A stretch of 63,787 nt of DNA, filler included, from Octopus bimaculoides (Eukaryota): NCBI RefSeq assembly GCF_001194135.2. It is 9 parts of 9 records of this genome, joined end to end, with 100 filler letters (N's around TTAATTAATTAA, not from the genome) between each part and the next. Parts side by side here need not be neighbours in the genome. Positions count along the whole stretch, not along the records: positions 1 to 2,997 come from NC_069010.1; positions 3,098 to 22,166 come from NC_068996.1; 7 more parts are not named here. One strand, 5' to 3'. The position numbers and the translations under genes are program-made. Shown here in pieces: positions 1 to 13,149 of the stretch. Position 1 is the stretch's first letter. Each line of letters starts with the position of its first letter. A model generated the notes under the pieces. The model was not told where the DNA came from. It saw only the letters and a list, made by a program, of their open reading frames with translations, and did not search any database.

Positions 1-88
1 GTACCAATAATTGTTGGAGCCCTGGGAACAGTGAGTAAAAATCTCAAGAAGTACATGGAACAAATAGGGGCTGCAATAAGGGTGGAGC
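1..88 (+). mobile_element. 3' fragment of R4/Dong-type (restriction-like endonuclease, RLE) non-LTR retrotransposon
   Basis: Frame 1 reads VPIIVGALGTVSKNLKKYMEQIGAAIRVE, the typical R4/Dong C-terminal PxxVGALG motif. Followed by (AAT)n. Shares 27/28 nt with the piece near 42985-43010 (-). Confidence 0.7.
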
Positions 89-94
89 AAAGGA

Positions 95-125
<31 letters not shown>

Positions 126-184
126 GCAATAATAATAGCAACAACAACAACAACAATAATAATAATAATAATAATAATGATAAT

Positions 185-400
185 AATAATCCTTTCTACT
201 ATAGGCACAAGGCCTAAAATTTTTGGAGAGGGGACGAGTTGATTACATTGACCCCAGTACTCAACTGGTACTTAATTTATCGACCCTAAAATGATGAAAG
301 ACAAAGTCGACCCTAGTGGCGTTTGAACTCAGAATGTGAAGATAGATGAAATACCACTTAACATTTCACCCAGCATGCTAATGATTCTGCCACCTTGCCA
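185..400 (-). mobile_element. tRNA-derived SINE, family B
   Basis: Reverse complement has GGCAGAATCATTAGC...GAGTTCAAACGCC (A/B-box-like head), the body GGGTCGATAAATTAAGTACCAG and an (ATT)n tail. About 10 homologous copies in the window. Confidence 0.75.
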
Positions 401-464
401 GATAATAAAAATAATCCTTTCCACTAAAAGCAGAAGGCCTGGGATTCTGGGGGAGGGGGTGAAT

Positions 465-760
465 TGATTCCTTATGCTAGCAGAGTGGATACCAAAGAAA
501 TTGGAAAAAATGTGAAATAACAGGATCCAGTCGAAGAACTGAAGAGACTGTGGAAGACCAAGACAACAATTATTCCTGTAGTAATAGGTGCACTCGGCCA
601 CATCAACCAAAATGCTTCTTAAAAGACTGAAAGAGATCGGAATTGAAACTTGCATTGTCGATCTGCAGAAAAGTACCATTTTATATTCTGCAAGAATCTT
701 AAGAAAGATTCTGGAGGTTTGAGGAAACTTGTTGTCATCAAACCTCAGGATTATGTAACT
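465..760 (+). mobile_element. Degenerate R4/Dong-type RLE LINE 3' fragment
   Basis: Translates as PYASRVDTKEI...EELKRLWKTKTTIIPVVIGALG...DLQKSTILYSARILRKILEV*, with frameshifts. Confidence 0.7.
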
Positions 761-791
761 GCTAACTAAAGTAGCATTTAATAGTTATATA

Positions 792-1055
792 AAAAAATAA
801 ATAAATACGCCCTTTTTAAAGCCTAGCCAGGCTCATGGGCCCGGTTTCCCGGTTTCAATGGCTTATGTGTTCCCCAGCTGGACAGGACGCCAGTCCATCG
901 CAGCGTTACTCATTTTTGCCAGCTGAGTGAACCGGAGCAACGTGAAATGAAGTGTTTTGCCCAAGAACACAACACGTCGCCCGGTCCAGGAATCGAAACC
1001 ACAATCTTACGATCATGGTGCTGACACCCTAACCACTAAGCCACGCACCTCCACC
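792..1055 (-). mobile_element. Full-length tRNA-derived SINE, family D, with 13-bp TSD
   Basis: A box TGGCTTAGTGG and B box GGTTTCGATTCC on the minus strand. Direct repeat TAATAGTTATATA at 779-791 and 1056-1068. Confidence 0.85.
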
Positions 1056-1067
1056 TAATAGTTATAT

Positions 1068-1074
<7 letters not shown>

Positions 1075-1098
<24 letters not shown>

Positions 1099-1121
1099 AA
1101 TGATGATGATGATAATAATGA

Positions 1122-1167
<46 letters not shown>

Positions 1168-1210
1168 CGACGACGACGACGATGACGACGACGATGATGA
1201 TGATGATGGT
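1075..1210. repeat. Compound trinucleotide microsatellite (AAT/GAT/GAC)
   Basis: Read directly. Source of the poly-Asp, poly-Met and poly-Ile ORFs. Confidence 0.95.
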
Positions 1211-1214
1211 GATT

Positions 1215-1400
1215 TGGAGCATGAGAACAGTAGAGGTCATGCCTATAATAAATGGTGTGTTGGGAACTGTAAGCAAAGACATAGACAAGGGGATTGGAAT
1301 AGAAAGCTGTGTAGAACTCCTACAGAAAGTTTGTCTCTCTTAGGGACAGCAAGGATTATCAATCAGGAGGGTTCTAAGTGCTTGAAAGACTGCTGAAAAC
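1215..1400 (+). mobile_element. Third R4/Dong-type RLE LINE 3' fragment
   Basis: WSMRTVEVMPIINGVLGTVSKDIDK...VELLQKVC-LLGTARII. Flanked by (GAT)n and, about 90 bp downstream, (AAT)n. Confidence 0.65.
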
Positions 1401-2034
1401 TTGTGGATACCTAAGGTTACAGGGAGTAAACCTGCTGCTACCCACATAGATCCTACCAGGAATAGGACCGAACCTGAGCCAAACCAAAATAATAATAATA
1501 ATAATATTGATGATAGTGACAATGATGATGATGATGATGATAAAGAAACTCACTATAATAATGGCTGCTTCTCTATTTGCCACAAGGTCGATATATAAGA
1601 GTGGAACATTATTTAGAGATATTGAAAAAGATAAGAAATGTAACAAAACAACATAGAAATGAAAGAATTTATAAAAACAACAACAATAATAGTCAAAGGT
1701 ATAAAATATAACATTCTGATAAAGTTGTGGTGGTGGTGGTGGTGGTGGGGATGGCCTCTCTGGAAGAGACCAATCCATCAACACCATAGGATATCTTCAT
1801 TTCTAAAGGCTGTTTCTCGGTAGGGGTTCTTCGGAGTGGAAGCATGGAGAGAGGGTAACCCCATCCCCATGGGTGAGATCATTTGTGCAGCTGTCACCAT
1901 TCAATAACGAAGCCAAATGAGGGTGCTGCTATGTGGTTGCTGGACATCCCAGAAATAGCAACCAAATCTCTGCCTCAAATCTTATAACCCTGAATGGAAA
2001 TGTGTTCCTGGAGAGTTGGGTTCCCTGCCCGTGA

Positions 2035-2355
2035 AAAAAGTCAGGATGGCCAGAGACAGAGTGTCATTAGTAGGTGATAGCTCTGCTGAATCTTAACTAG
2101 CCTAGGGTTAAATAACAAGGAAGGACATGTTTTAAAATGCAATCCTAGATATACACTGTCTGAATAAAATACAGGATGGCCACAGGTGGGACATCTTTGA
2201 TTATGGACCCACTGGATCTGGACTCACCCAGGGTTAAACAACAAGAAGGAATGACACAGTAGATGATGCAGTCTTAGATACATTATGTCTAAATAAAAGA
2301 CAGGATGGTCATGGCTGGAACATTCTGCTGGATCTGAAACTGACCTGGGATTAAT
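2035..2355 (+). repeat. Three degenerate tandem copies of a ~125-bp unit
   Basis: AAA..CAGGATGG(C/T)CA...CTG(G/A)ATCT...GG(G/A)TTAA recurs at about 2035, 2164 and 2291. Confidence 0.6.
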
Positions 2356-3041
2356 GTAGTGGTGACGGTATGGCAATAGCAGCAGTAGTGCAGGTGGTGG
2401 TGATGATGGTAGTGGTAGAGGTGGTGGTGATGATGATGATGTGGATGATGATGATGGTTGTGAGAATGATAATGATGATGACGATGGTGATGACATTATG
2501 ATTCAACACCGCCACCATCACCACCACCACTACCATCATCATTGTCATCATCATCGTCATCATCTTCATCAACATATGCCTGCTCCCCCTTCCTGCTCCT
2601 CTTCCTCATCATACCCCCCTCCTCTTCCTCCTCCTCCTTCTCCTCCTCCTCATCATCATTACTACACCCCACCACCAGCACTGTTGCAGTGACCAACTAA
2701 CTTCTCCACTGCAGGCAACATAAACATTGTCTGCACCATCTTCAATGACAACAACAACAACAACAACAGTAAAAGAACAACAAACACAAAAAAAAAAAGT
2801 CAATCAACACGCACAAATTGTTACAGATCCTGTCACCACCAGATGTCACCAGCGCACAAGACGTTAACTGAATTTTAAAGCATTAAAATTGATATTATTT
2901 ATTAATGTTTAAACACAAACACACACACACACACACACACGTTCATATACGTTTACATACACAGACACATGCCAAGATATATATATATATATATATANNN
3001 NNNNNNNNNNNNNNNNNNNNNNNNNNNNNNNNNNNNNNNNN

Positions 3042-3053
3042 TTAATTAATTAA
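3042..3053. other. Assembly gap linker TTAATTAATTAA (also at 22211, 27168, 39410, 46910, 49470, 51451, 58864)
   Basis: Identical 12-mer inside about 44 N + 44 N (100 bp total) at 8 sites, with stop codons in all six frames. Technical, not biological. Confidence 0.95.
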
Positions 3054-3097
3054 NNNNNNNNNNNNNNNNNNNNNNNNNNNNNNNNNNNNNNNNNNNN

Positions 3098-3132
<35 letters not shown>

Positions 3133-3286
3133 AACGACGACAGCGACTTTGATAAAAAAAAAACAACCAAATAAATTAAAATACATAATTTAATAAAATA
3201 TATGTACGAATGAATGAATAAAAAAAAATATACAGAGAAATCATCAAAAAATTAATGTGTGCGTGTGAGTGAGAAGGGGAGAGAGA

Positions 3287-3328
<42 letters not shown>

Positions 3329-3684
3329 AAGTGTTTCTGTGCGCGTGTCTGCGTGCGTGTGCGTCTGCGTGTGTGTGAGAGTGTGAGTGAAAGCAAAGAA
3401 GATAAATATGAAATGCCTCCACCACCATCAACGCCACTTATCTTGTGACATTAGCAAAGTGATATATAAAGGAAAATGAAGGATAACGCGATAATTTGAT
3501 CGCCGTGCGATACTGTCGTGATAAAGATCCTTATAAATGTCTTCCTTTATACATGCATACATACATACATACATACAAACATACATACATGCATACATAC
3601 ATACATGCATGCATACATACATACATACATACATGCATGCATACATACATACATATACATATGTGTATGTATAATACAAGCATG

Positions 3685-3736
<52 letters not shown>

Positions 3737-5436
3737 CATATAAATAAATTCATATATATTATACATATATATTTAAAACATATACGCATATATATACACA
3801 CACAGAAAGGCAGATTCGTATTTACACACACAAACACACACACAAACACACACACGCATAAATATATATATATATACACATATACATTTATTTACATATA
3901 TATGCATTTCTTCATATCCACATATCTGTCTAACAATATATATGTATATATGTTTATATACATGAGTAAGTATTTGAGTGCATACGAACCTATATACATA
4001 TATATATGTGTGTAGATGCTTATGTGAAGAGTTATAGACGCGTGCGTATGCACGTGTGTGTGTATGTATGTGTGTGTGTTTGTATGTATGCGTGCTTGAG
4101 CTTATGTATGTACATTAACATATAAACACAATCGCAACGCAAACACGTGCGCATATTTTATGATATCTGCGATACTGCAGAGATACATGCGTATGGATGT
4201 TCTGTACTTGTTTAAGTATGTACCTGTGTGAGTGTACATATATATGCGCGGCTATGTACTCATGCAAGCACGCCTGTGCATGGTGTGTCTAAGTGTGTAA
4301 TCTATGGTTTGATAATCAGATCGTACGAAAATACTGACAACTGGGCGCACTCAGTAAAAAGATAAAAACCAATGATAATTAGTCTGAGATTAAACCATAC
4401 AATACAATCAAGAATCATAACAAAATGTTGTTATTTAAGGTGAAGACACACATATATTACACACCCACACAGATACATATATAATTGACGTGTGTACACA
4501 GTAGATTCATACATATGCATCTATGTTTAACAGCAACATACATACGTACATACATACATGCATCCATATATTACATGCATGTATTTGCTCATGTATTTGT
4601 CCGTGGTTCATAGATTACAAACTCTTTCGATGTGAATGGAAATGTATTTACATATATGTTTATAGATTATTATTTTATCTTACATTATTTTTTACCTTTT
4701 TTTTTCATTTCTATTGCATTTCATATACATATTTAATATACATATTTTATACAAACCATATGTACATATGGGAATAAGCATAGACATACATGTACACACG
4801 CGTACACATATACAAGCACATACACGCGCACATACACACGAACACGCACTTACACGCATACATGTATATTGATAGTGAGAGATAGACTGGGAATGAGAGG
4901 TAGAGGATATCAGTAAGGCTAGCAGTGACAGTCAGAGAATTAGATAGATAACAGACAAGGATAGATATATAGATACATACGTATTCATTAGCCTTAAATC
5001 AATGAAACTGCGCACTTCACTTTATCATATTTCCCTCCTACTTTACCTTCACTCACAAACTCATTCAAGATACATACAGTGATATTATTTATTTGTTTAT
5101 TTATGTATTAAAAGCAGCTTTAAAAAAAAAAAATAGAAAAGAAAAGAAAATACATATAAAAAAAATGAAGTGGTCTTTGCTGACTTTTACAGGCGTCAAA
5201 CTTCATTGAAACAATCCTCACTCGAATAAAATATGCGTGTTATGAATTCCCGCACGTATTGAGAAAAGGAAATCAGCCAACGAAACGTGAATATGTCTCA
5301 TCATTTCTACAAAGATAAATATCTAGATTGGTTAAATGGCCAATATTCAAGCGCTTTGCATGACAAAACGAAGAGAATTAGCAAGAACAACAACAGCAAA
5401 AAAGGCTACAACAACTGCAGCAGCAGCAGCAGCAGT

Positions 5437-5493
<57 letters not shown>

Positions 5494-6214
5494 AGATAAT
5501 AATGATGATGATGATGATTGTAATAATAATAATAATAAGGATAAAAAAAATAAATAGAAGTGGAGGAGGAGGAGGAAGAGGAGGAGGAGTAGGAGGAAGA
5601 GGAGGGGGAGGAGGAGGAAGAGGTGGAAGAAGTATAGCAGCAAGAACAGCTACTTCAACAGCACCAAGTGAAAATAGATAAAAATTAAATAACTAAAGCA
5701 ACAACAAGAAAACATTACGAGTAAAATTGTCGGGAATGGGGCGATAAATTGGATCGATGAGAAAAGAAGAGAAAGACAAAAGAGATTCAGAGAGACTTCA
5801 GAGGAAACAAACACGAAACAAGTATAAACAATGTAAAATAATAATAATGATAATAACAATAATAATAATAATAATAATAACAACAATAGTAATAATAATA
5901 GTGATGATGATGATGATGCTGATGATGATGATGATAATAAAGTTACGGTAGGAGGCAAGAAGAAATAAGGGGGGAAAAAAGCAAATAAACGAAGGTTGGT
6001 CTGAAAGTGAAAGTGAGGGTGACAGGCTGTTCATTTTGTAATCAGCATGGAATCATTGCTTTACTCCCGTTCAGCGTGATATAACCATGTTCCTGCTAAA
6101 TTTCGGTGAGATATGCATCTCTGATATTGAACATACACGGCAGAGAACAAGTACGGAAGACTCTACACACAGAAATTTCGAAAATAGAAACTCATTTATT
6201 CTTTTTTTTATTCT

Positions 6215-6374
6215 TTTACTTGCTTCAATCATTTTGACTGCAGCCATACTGGAGCACTGCTATGAAAGGTCAGTCTCTTGTGTCTAACCGCTATGTTGTG
6301 GGGACGTAAACACACCAACACCGATTTTGAAGCGTTGATGAGGGACAAACACGAACACAGAGAGACATACATGC

Positions 6375-6405
<31 letters not shown>

Positions 6406-6667
6406 NNNNNNNNNNNNNNNNNNNNNNNNNNNNNNNNNNNNNNNNNNNNNNNNNNNNNNNNNNNNNNNNNNNNNNNNNNNNNNNNNNNNNNNNNNNNNNN
6501 NNNNNNNNNNNNNNNNNNNNNNNNNNNNNNNNNNNNNNNNNNNNNNNNNNNNNNNNNNNNNNNNNNNNNNNNNNTATATATACAAACATATATATATATA
6601 TTTACATATACATACAAATACATATATATATACATATACATACATACAAACATATATATATATACAA

Positions 6668-6709
<42 letters not shown>

Positions 6710-6852
6710 GACGACCAATTCCACTTACAAGGCTTTACTCGGCCCGAGGCTATAGTAGAAGACACTCGGCCCGAGGCTATAGTAGAAGACACTCGGCCAA
6801 GGTGCCACTCAGTGGGACTGAACCCGGAAAGCATGCTTCTTACCACACAGCT
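6215..6852 (-). mobile_element. tRNA-derived SINE, family A, with internal (TA)n gap and a 27-bp internal tandem duplication
   Basis: Head GCTGTGTGGTAAG...GGGTTCAGTCCC and body AACTTAGCGGTTCGGC-like. ACTCGGCCCGAGGCTATAGTAGAAGAC is duplicated at about 6737-6790. Confidence 0.8.
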
Positions 6853-7042
6853 ATGCTTTCCTAGACTTTTTTTTTTCTTTTTTAATGGGGTCGATACTCA
6901 GAAATACAGTGACAACAATTTACATTATTCTGATTTATTTTATATTTGGTCTGAAATCCATTAATGTAATAAACTGGGAAGGGTCTTATGATTTACTGGG
7001 GTGTTATTTTATGTACAAACATAAAAAAAAATTGAATCAAAC

Positions 7043-7345
7043 AGGCGTAGGAGTGACTGTGTGGTAAGTAGCTTGCTTACCAACCACATGGTTCCCGACC
7101 CATTCCCATTGCGTAGCACCTTGGGCAAGTGTCTTCTACTATAGCCTCGGGCCGACCAAAGCCTTGTGAGTGGATTTGGTAGTCGGAAACTGAAAGAAGC
7201 CCTTCATATATATATATATATCTATATATACATATATATGTAGGTGTGTGTATATGTTTGTGTGTCTGTATTTGTCCCCCCAACATTGCTTGACAACTGA
7301 TGGTGGTGTGTTTACGTCCCCGTAACTTAGCGGTTCGGCCAAAGA
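7043..7345 (+). mobile_element. SINE family A, 3'-truncated; head-to-head with the previous copy
   Basis: AGGCGTAGGAGTGACTGTGTGGTAAG head, CORE-like CCTTGGGCAAGTGTCTT, internal (TA)n/(TG)n. Confidence 0.85.
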
Positions 7346-7454
7346 TTGTCACCAAGAATTGCTCAATTGTCGAAAAATCCTTAAAAAATGCATCTTACGA
7401 TAATTGTCATGTTCAGAGCACATAATACATTCACATTTGTAAACAAGCAATATT

Positions 7455-7662
7455 CTTTTGTACTCTAGGCACAAGGGTCGAAATTTCTGGGGTGGGGGCG
7501 ACTCGAATAGATCCACCCCAGTACGCTACTTAATTTATCGAACCCGAAAGGATAAAAGACAAAGTTGACTTCCACGGAATTTGAACTCAGAACGTAACGG
7601 CAGACGAGATAACGCTACGCAATTCGTCCCGGGCGCTAACGATTCTGCCAGCTCGCCGCCCT
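7455..7662 (-). mobile_element. SINE family B
   Basis: Reverse complement GGCGGCGAGCTGGCAGAATCGTTAGCG...GAGTTCAAATTCC. Confidence 0.8.
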
Positions 7663-7859
7663 GAAATGAAAATATATTAAGAATACTTATAGAACTTTGC
7701 TACATTGCAAGAGTTAACGTTTTTGGAACGAGCTAATGTTAATGGTTAACTAATTAGAAACCTTTTGCTTCTCTATGCAGATTATAAATTTATATTTGTT
7801 TCTTTTATCAGTTGATTGTGACACTGCATGTATACGTTGTAATCCACTTGAACTACCAT

Positions 7860-8243
7860 CGTGGCAATCCGTCGGTTACAACGACGCGGGTTCCAGTTGA
7901 TCCGATCAACAGAGCAGCCTGCTCGTGAAATTAACGTGCAAGTGGCTGAGCACTCCACAGACACGTTTACATTTAACGTAGTTCTCAGCTAGATTCTACG
8001 TGATACAGAGTGTGACAAGGCTGGCCCCTTTGAAATACAGGTATGACAGAAACAGGAAGAAAGAGTGAGAGAAAATTGTGGTGAAAGGGTACAGCAGGGT
8101 TCGCCACCATCCCCTGCCGGAGCGTTGTGGAGCATTAGGTGTATTCGTTCAATAAACACTCACAACGCCCGGTCTGGGAATCGAAACCGCGATCCTATGA
8201 CCGCGAGTTCGCTGCCCTAACCACTGGACCATTGCGCCTCCAC
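7860..8243 (-). mobile_element. tRNA-derived SINE, family C, near full length
   Basis: A box TGGTCCAGTGG and B box GGTTTCGATTCC. Imperfect flanking repeat TG..CTACCAT on both sides. Confidence 0.8.
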
Positions 8244-8916
8244 TGTTCTACCATATATTAATGCAAAAAGCTGTAGTCTTTCCATCAAAAATGAAGGTGA
8301 ATAATTAATATGGACTGTGTACTTGCAATCGATGACCGAAACAGTATTATTGCACAACTTTCATTTTGAATACATACATACACACACACACGCACACACA
8401 CGCACACACACACGCACATACATACATACATACATACATACATACATACATACATACATACATAACATACTCGTACATGTTTGGGTCTAACAAGAAAAAA
8501 TATGTACCGTCACAGAGGTCCTGCTGACGTGAATATCTCTTCGAAAAATTAATGAAATAGAAGATAACTATGGATAACTGCTTTGAAACCTCTTGTATTA
8601 TTACCCAAATTATAAATTCGGTTTTATACCAATAATAAGTGTGCATTTGGTTTTGCTAGTAAATGCATTATTAACAATGGGATAAGTTGGAGTTTATCCA
8701 GAAATCAGCCCTCTCACTCACGCATTGTAATTTTAATCTGTAAGTGGAACAGTAAAAATATGAAAGACTTACTCAATTTCAAAATATAAACTTGTCTTAT
8801 CTACATTTTAACAATGCAACTGTGTATAGTTGTTAAAATCTAATTTCTTCCTTAAAAGAAGGCATCAACTAATTAAACGAAGAAGACAGCATACAAACAT
8901 TCGTACATACATATAT

Positions 8917-8972
<56 letters not shown>

Positions 8973-9300
8973 NNNNNNNNNNNNNNNNNNNNNNNNNNNN
9001 NNNNNNNNNNNNNNNNNNNNNNNNNNNNNNNNNNNNNNNNNNNNNNNNNNNNNNNNNNNNNNNNNNNNNNNNNNNNNNNNNNNNNNNNNNNNNNNNNNNN
9101 NNNNNNNNNNNNNNNNNNNNNNNNNNNNNNNNNNNNNNNNNNNNNNNNNNNNNNNNNNNNNNNNNNNNNNNNNNNNNNNNNNNNNNNNNNNNNNNNNNNN
9201 NNNNNNNNNNNNNNNNNNNNNNNNNNNNNNNNNNNNNNNNNNNNNNNNNNNNNNNNNNNNNNNNNNNNNNNNNNNNNNNNNNNNNNNNNNNNNNNNNNNN

Positions 9301-9362
9301 NGACCAATGCCTTGTGAGTGGATTCGGTAGACGGAAACTGAAAGAAGCCAGTCGTATATATG

Positions 9363-9397
<35 letters not shown>

Positions 9398-9617
9398 TTG
9401 TGTATGTTTGTGTGTCTGTGTTTGTCCCCCTAGCATTGCTTGACAACCGATGCTGATATGTTTACGTCCCCGTAACTTAGCGGTTCGGCAAAAGAGACCG
9501 ATAGAATAAGTATTATGCTTACAAAAAATAAGTCCCGGGGTCGATTTGCTCGACTAAAGGTGGTGCTCCAGCATGGCCGCAGTCAAATGACTGAAACAAG
9601 TTAAAGAGTAAAGAGTA
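9301..9617 (+). mobile_element. SINE family A (5' part in gap)
   Basis: Body plus tail GGTGGTGCTCCAGCATGGCCGCAGTCAAATGACTGAAACAAG and (TAAAGAG)n end. Confidence 0.85.
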
Positions 9618-10455
9618 ATAAATACCAACCCCATCATAAATGCTACAACTATCAAACCTCTTAGATAACTGGATATTCTGATCAATTTCACTATAGAAAT
9701 CTATTACTGAACATCGTACGAATGTTGTTTCAAATCATGAATTTACCAAGGATAGAATCAAATTGCGACAGAGAATATGACTGGATATGACAGGGACATC
9801 AAAATCAAGGATAGACCAAAGAAAGATAACATTGAGAAAAACCGTATCTTTTGTTTGTACAACAAATGGAAATTGTATTTTACATTTTCTCGGAGATATG
9901 AATTCAATATTGAGATATGAAATCAATACTTCTTGAACGTCAGATGGATTTGTTGATAGTAATTTTCACCCATAAGCCCCTAAATAACAACACGCAATCA
10001 CATAGCGAAGATGACATCGAGTGTTACAACGATGGCACCGTGCGTTACAACGATATCTCACAGCAAAGTTGACCGTCATTTTCAAACTATTAGCGATTGT
10101 AGCAGTAATAGCGATAATCGCTGTGTAAGAGCCAAGAGTACGAACTTATAAAAAATGTAAACATCTGTAACGAATGTAATGAAATTTTATTTTAGTTTTA
10201 AAACTACCGCAACAACTCTATTATAGCGTTGAGACTCGGTGAGTCCTGACACCAGTGATTAATGATTGAGTCGAGGATTATTTACAACAGAGCAATGTCC
10301 TTTCATGTTGGCAAACAAACATCTTGCATGCCACATCATAACTGCCATGCATTATCTTAAAGATAGTAGTGAAATAAATTAATGATATATGATAAGAACA
10401 AAAAAAGAGAATTATACCATAATGAATTTGGGCAGCCATAATTATTTAACTAAAC

Positions 10456-10869
10456 ACTCTTTTACTCTTTTACTTGTTTCAGTCATTTTACTGTGGCCAT
10501 GCTGGATCACCGCCTTTAGTCGAACAAATAGACCCCAGGATTTATTCTTTGTAAGCCTAGTACTTATTCTATTGGTCTCTTTTTGCCGAACCGCTAAGTT
10601 ACGGGGACGTAAACACACCAGCATCGGTTTTCAAGCGATGTTGAGGGGACAAATACAGACACACAAGCATATACACAAACACATACATATATGTATACAT
10701 ATATTCGACGGGCTTCTTTCAGTTTCCGTCTACCAAATCCACTCACAAGGCTTTGGTCGGCCCGAGGCTATAGTAGAAGACACTTGCCCAAGGTGCCACA
10801 CAGTGGGACCGAACCCGGAACCATGTGGTTCGTAAGCAAGTTACTTACTACACAGTCACTCCTGCGCCT
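10456..10869 (-). mobile_element. Full-length SINE family A
   Basis: tRNA-like head with A/B boxes, CCTTGGGCAAG core, internal AT/GT microsatellite, CR1-like tail and (GTAAAAGA)n end. Confidence 0.9.
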
Positions 10870-11934
10870 GATCAATTTTCAGAACAGTTTCACTTTACAG
10901 CAAACATATACTATTCTGTATGTTTTGTTGTTGTTGTTATTGGTGACGTTACCGTTGTTTCTGCTGTTTTATTCCAAGCCAGACTTTGGATTGAACAGCT
11001 CCATGATTAAATGCATTTTAATCGTGACAATGTCGTTATTTGTCTATGCATAACGTACCTCAAGCTACATACTGCAACGTGTTCTTTTTTTTATTTTATT
11101 TTTAGAGGGTAGTGATAATTTGGGGTGGGGAGGGATATTTTACTGTCATTTTTATCTGGTAACATGACCATTTGACCATTTAGGCGTTCCCACTTCTCCG
11201 CCTAATGGTCCAAGTCCTTTGGGCTGAAGCATAATATAGAAGTGGTGGTAACATTGAAATCGCTCACCTCTCAGCTGCCCTCTCGGCATACTACCGAGCA
11301 AGTTCTAACTAGCAAGAATAAGCATTTCCATGGCTTATATATCAAAGATAACAGCAACTGCTTCTCACTACGAAACATCGAAGATCCTTCTATATGGTTC
11401 AACATCCAACTGGAAATAACAGATAATTTATTATATATTTTTATCTTTTTTAAGGAAGAAACGGGCTTATTGATTATCATTGCTATAACTTCGTCAATCT
11501 CTCGAACGCACATCTTTACAAATATCAAGCACTATGCCTATATATGTATTCTTATAACAGAGCAAAATAGGAGGAAAAACTCTCCTTTTATCGATTTGAA
11601 ATTACAAATCGATAATAAAAGAAAAATGTGAAAGATTCTAAAACAAAAACGAAAAAAAAAAAATTGTCATTCTAGTCACTTTCTATTATATGTCACATTG
11701 TGTCTGTATCACGCCAGTGGATGTAAATTAGAGAGATAAGATAAAGGAGGATAACAAACAGATAGAACTTGTGTCGTGATATCTAACCCCACAGCAGAAC
11801 ATTTCATTCTGTCACATGACTAAGAACTTTTCTTGTATATACTTAAATTAACTTAAGTGCAGTCAGAAAAAGTGGCAGATTTTTCAAATTCTTTTGGAAA
11901 CCATATATATCATATACCATATATATATATATAT

Positions 11935-11984
<50 letters not shown>

Positions 11985-13149
11985 GTATGAATGTGTGTGT
12001 ATNNNNNNNNNNNNNNNNNNNNNNNNNNNNNNNNNNNNNNNNNNNNNNNNNNNNNNNNNNNNNNNNNNNNNNNNNNNNNNNNNNNNNNNNNNNNNNNNNN
12101 NNNNNNNNNNNNNNNNNNNNNNNNNNNNNNNNNNNNNNNNNNNNNNNNNNNNNNNNNNNNNNNNNNNNNNNNNNNNNNNNNNNNNNNNNNNNNNNNNNNN
12201 NNNNNNNNNNNNNNNNNNNNNNNNNNNNNNNNNNNNNNNNNNNTATATATATATATACACACATAAATGTTCATATGCATAAATACACACGCACATACGT
12301 ATGTCTATATATATGAAAGTTCACTATAACTAACATGAATATTAACTTCACCTATGTGGTTGTATTATTGACTCAATGCAACATTGATACTTACTATAAA
12401 CGACAGACATTCTCTCAAAATACTGCCAAAACACAGCCGTGCCAGGTTGTTTAAAACTACTTCCAAAAAGAACATAATCAAACTGAAACGAATTCAGACG
12501 CATTTAAACCAGTTGGAAAACTCTAGACACTGTCTAGGCTTTAATTTACTAAATAGATTAACACGCCACTGACGCGATCCATAAATTTCTGTCTTCTTTA
12601 GCTGACAATATTACTTACTCTACATTCACTATAATTTTTTTTTTCCTTTCGGTCGCTGAAATCCTCCATTTTGTACATATTTGTATAGTAGACCACCCGA
12701 AGGTAATGCATTGTGTAAATTAGATTTGTGTATTTGTGTTTGCATATACTCTCAAACACACATTTAGATCATCATTCATATCTTTAAACACACGCATACA
12801 CACATACACATATCCGCACACACACACACACACAAACACAAGCACACACACACATACACGCACATACATATTTATATACATGTATTCATTCATTCACTCA
12901 TTCATTCATATAGGCATACATTGATAAACAATATTTGTATATTTATTTATGTTTCAACGAAACAAAGTTCATTTGACAATGTCTGAATGCCGCCAGGAAA
13001 TACTGTCAACTAATCGTCCTCGTTATATTACAAGCACTTATTGACTTCATAAGAATACGATTAAGAATAAGAACCTTACTACGCATTCTGACATGCATCA
13101 TTGACTTGCATGTGGTGCAGTGTTACAGTTTGGCAATATTGTACTCGCT

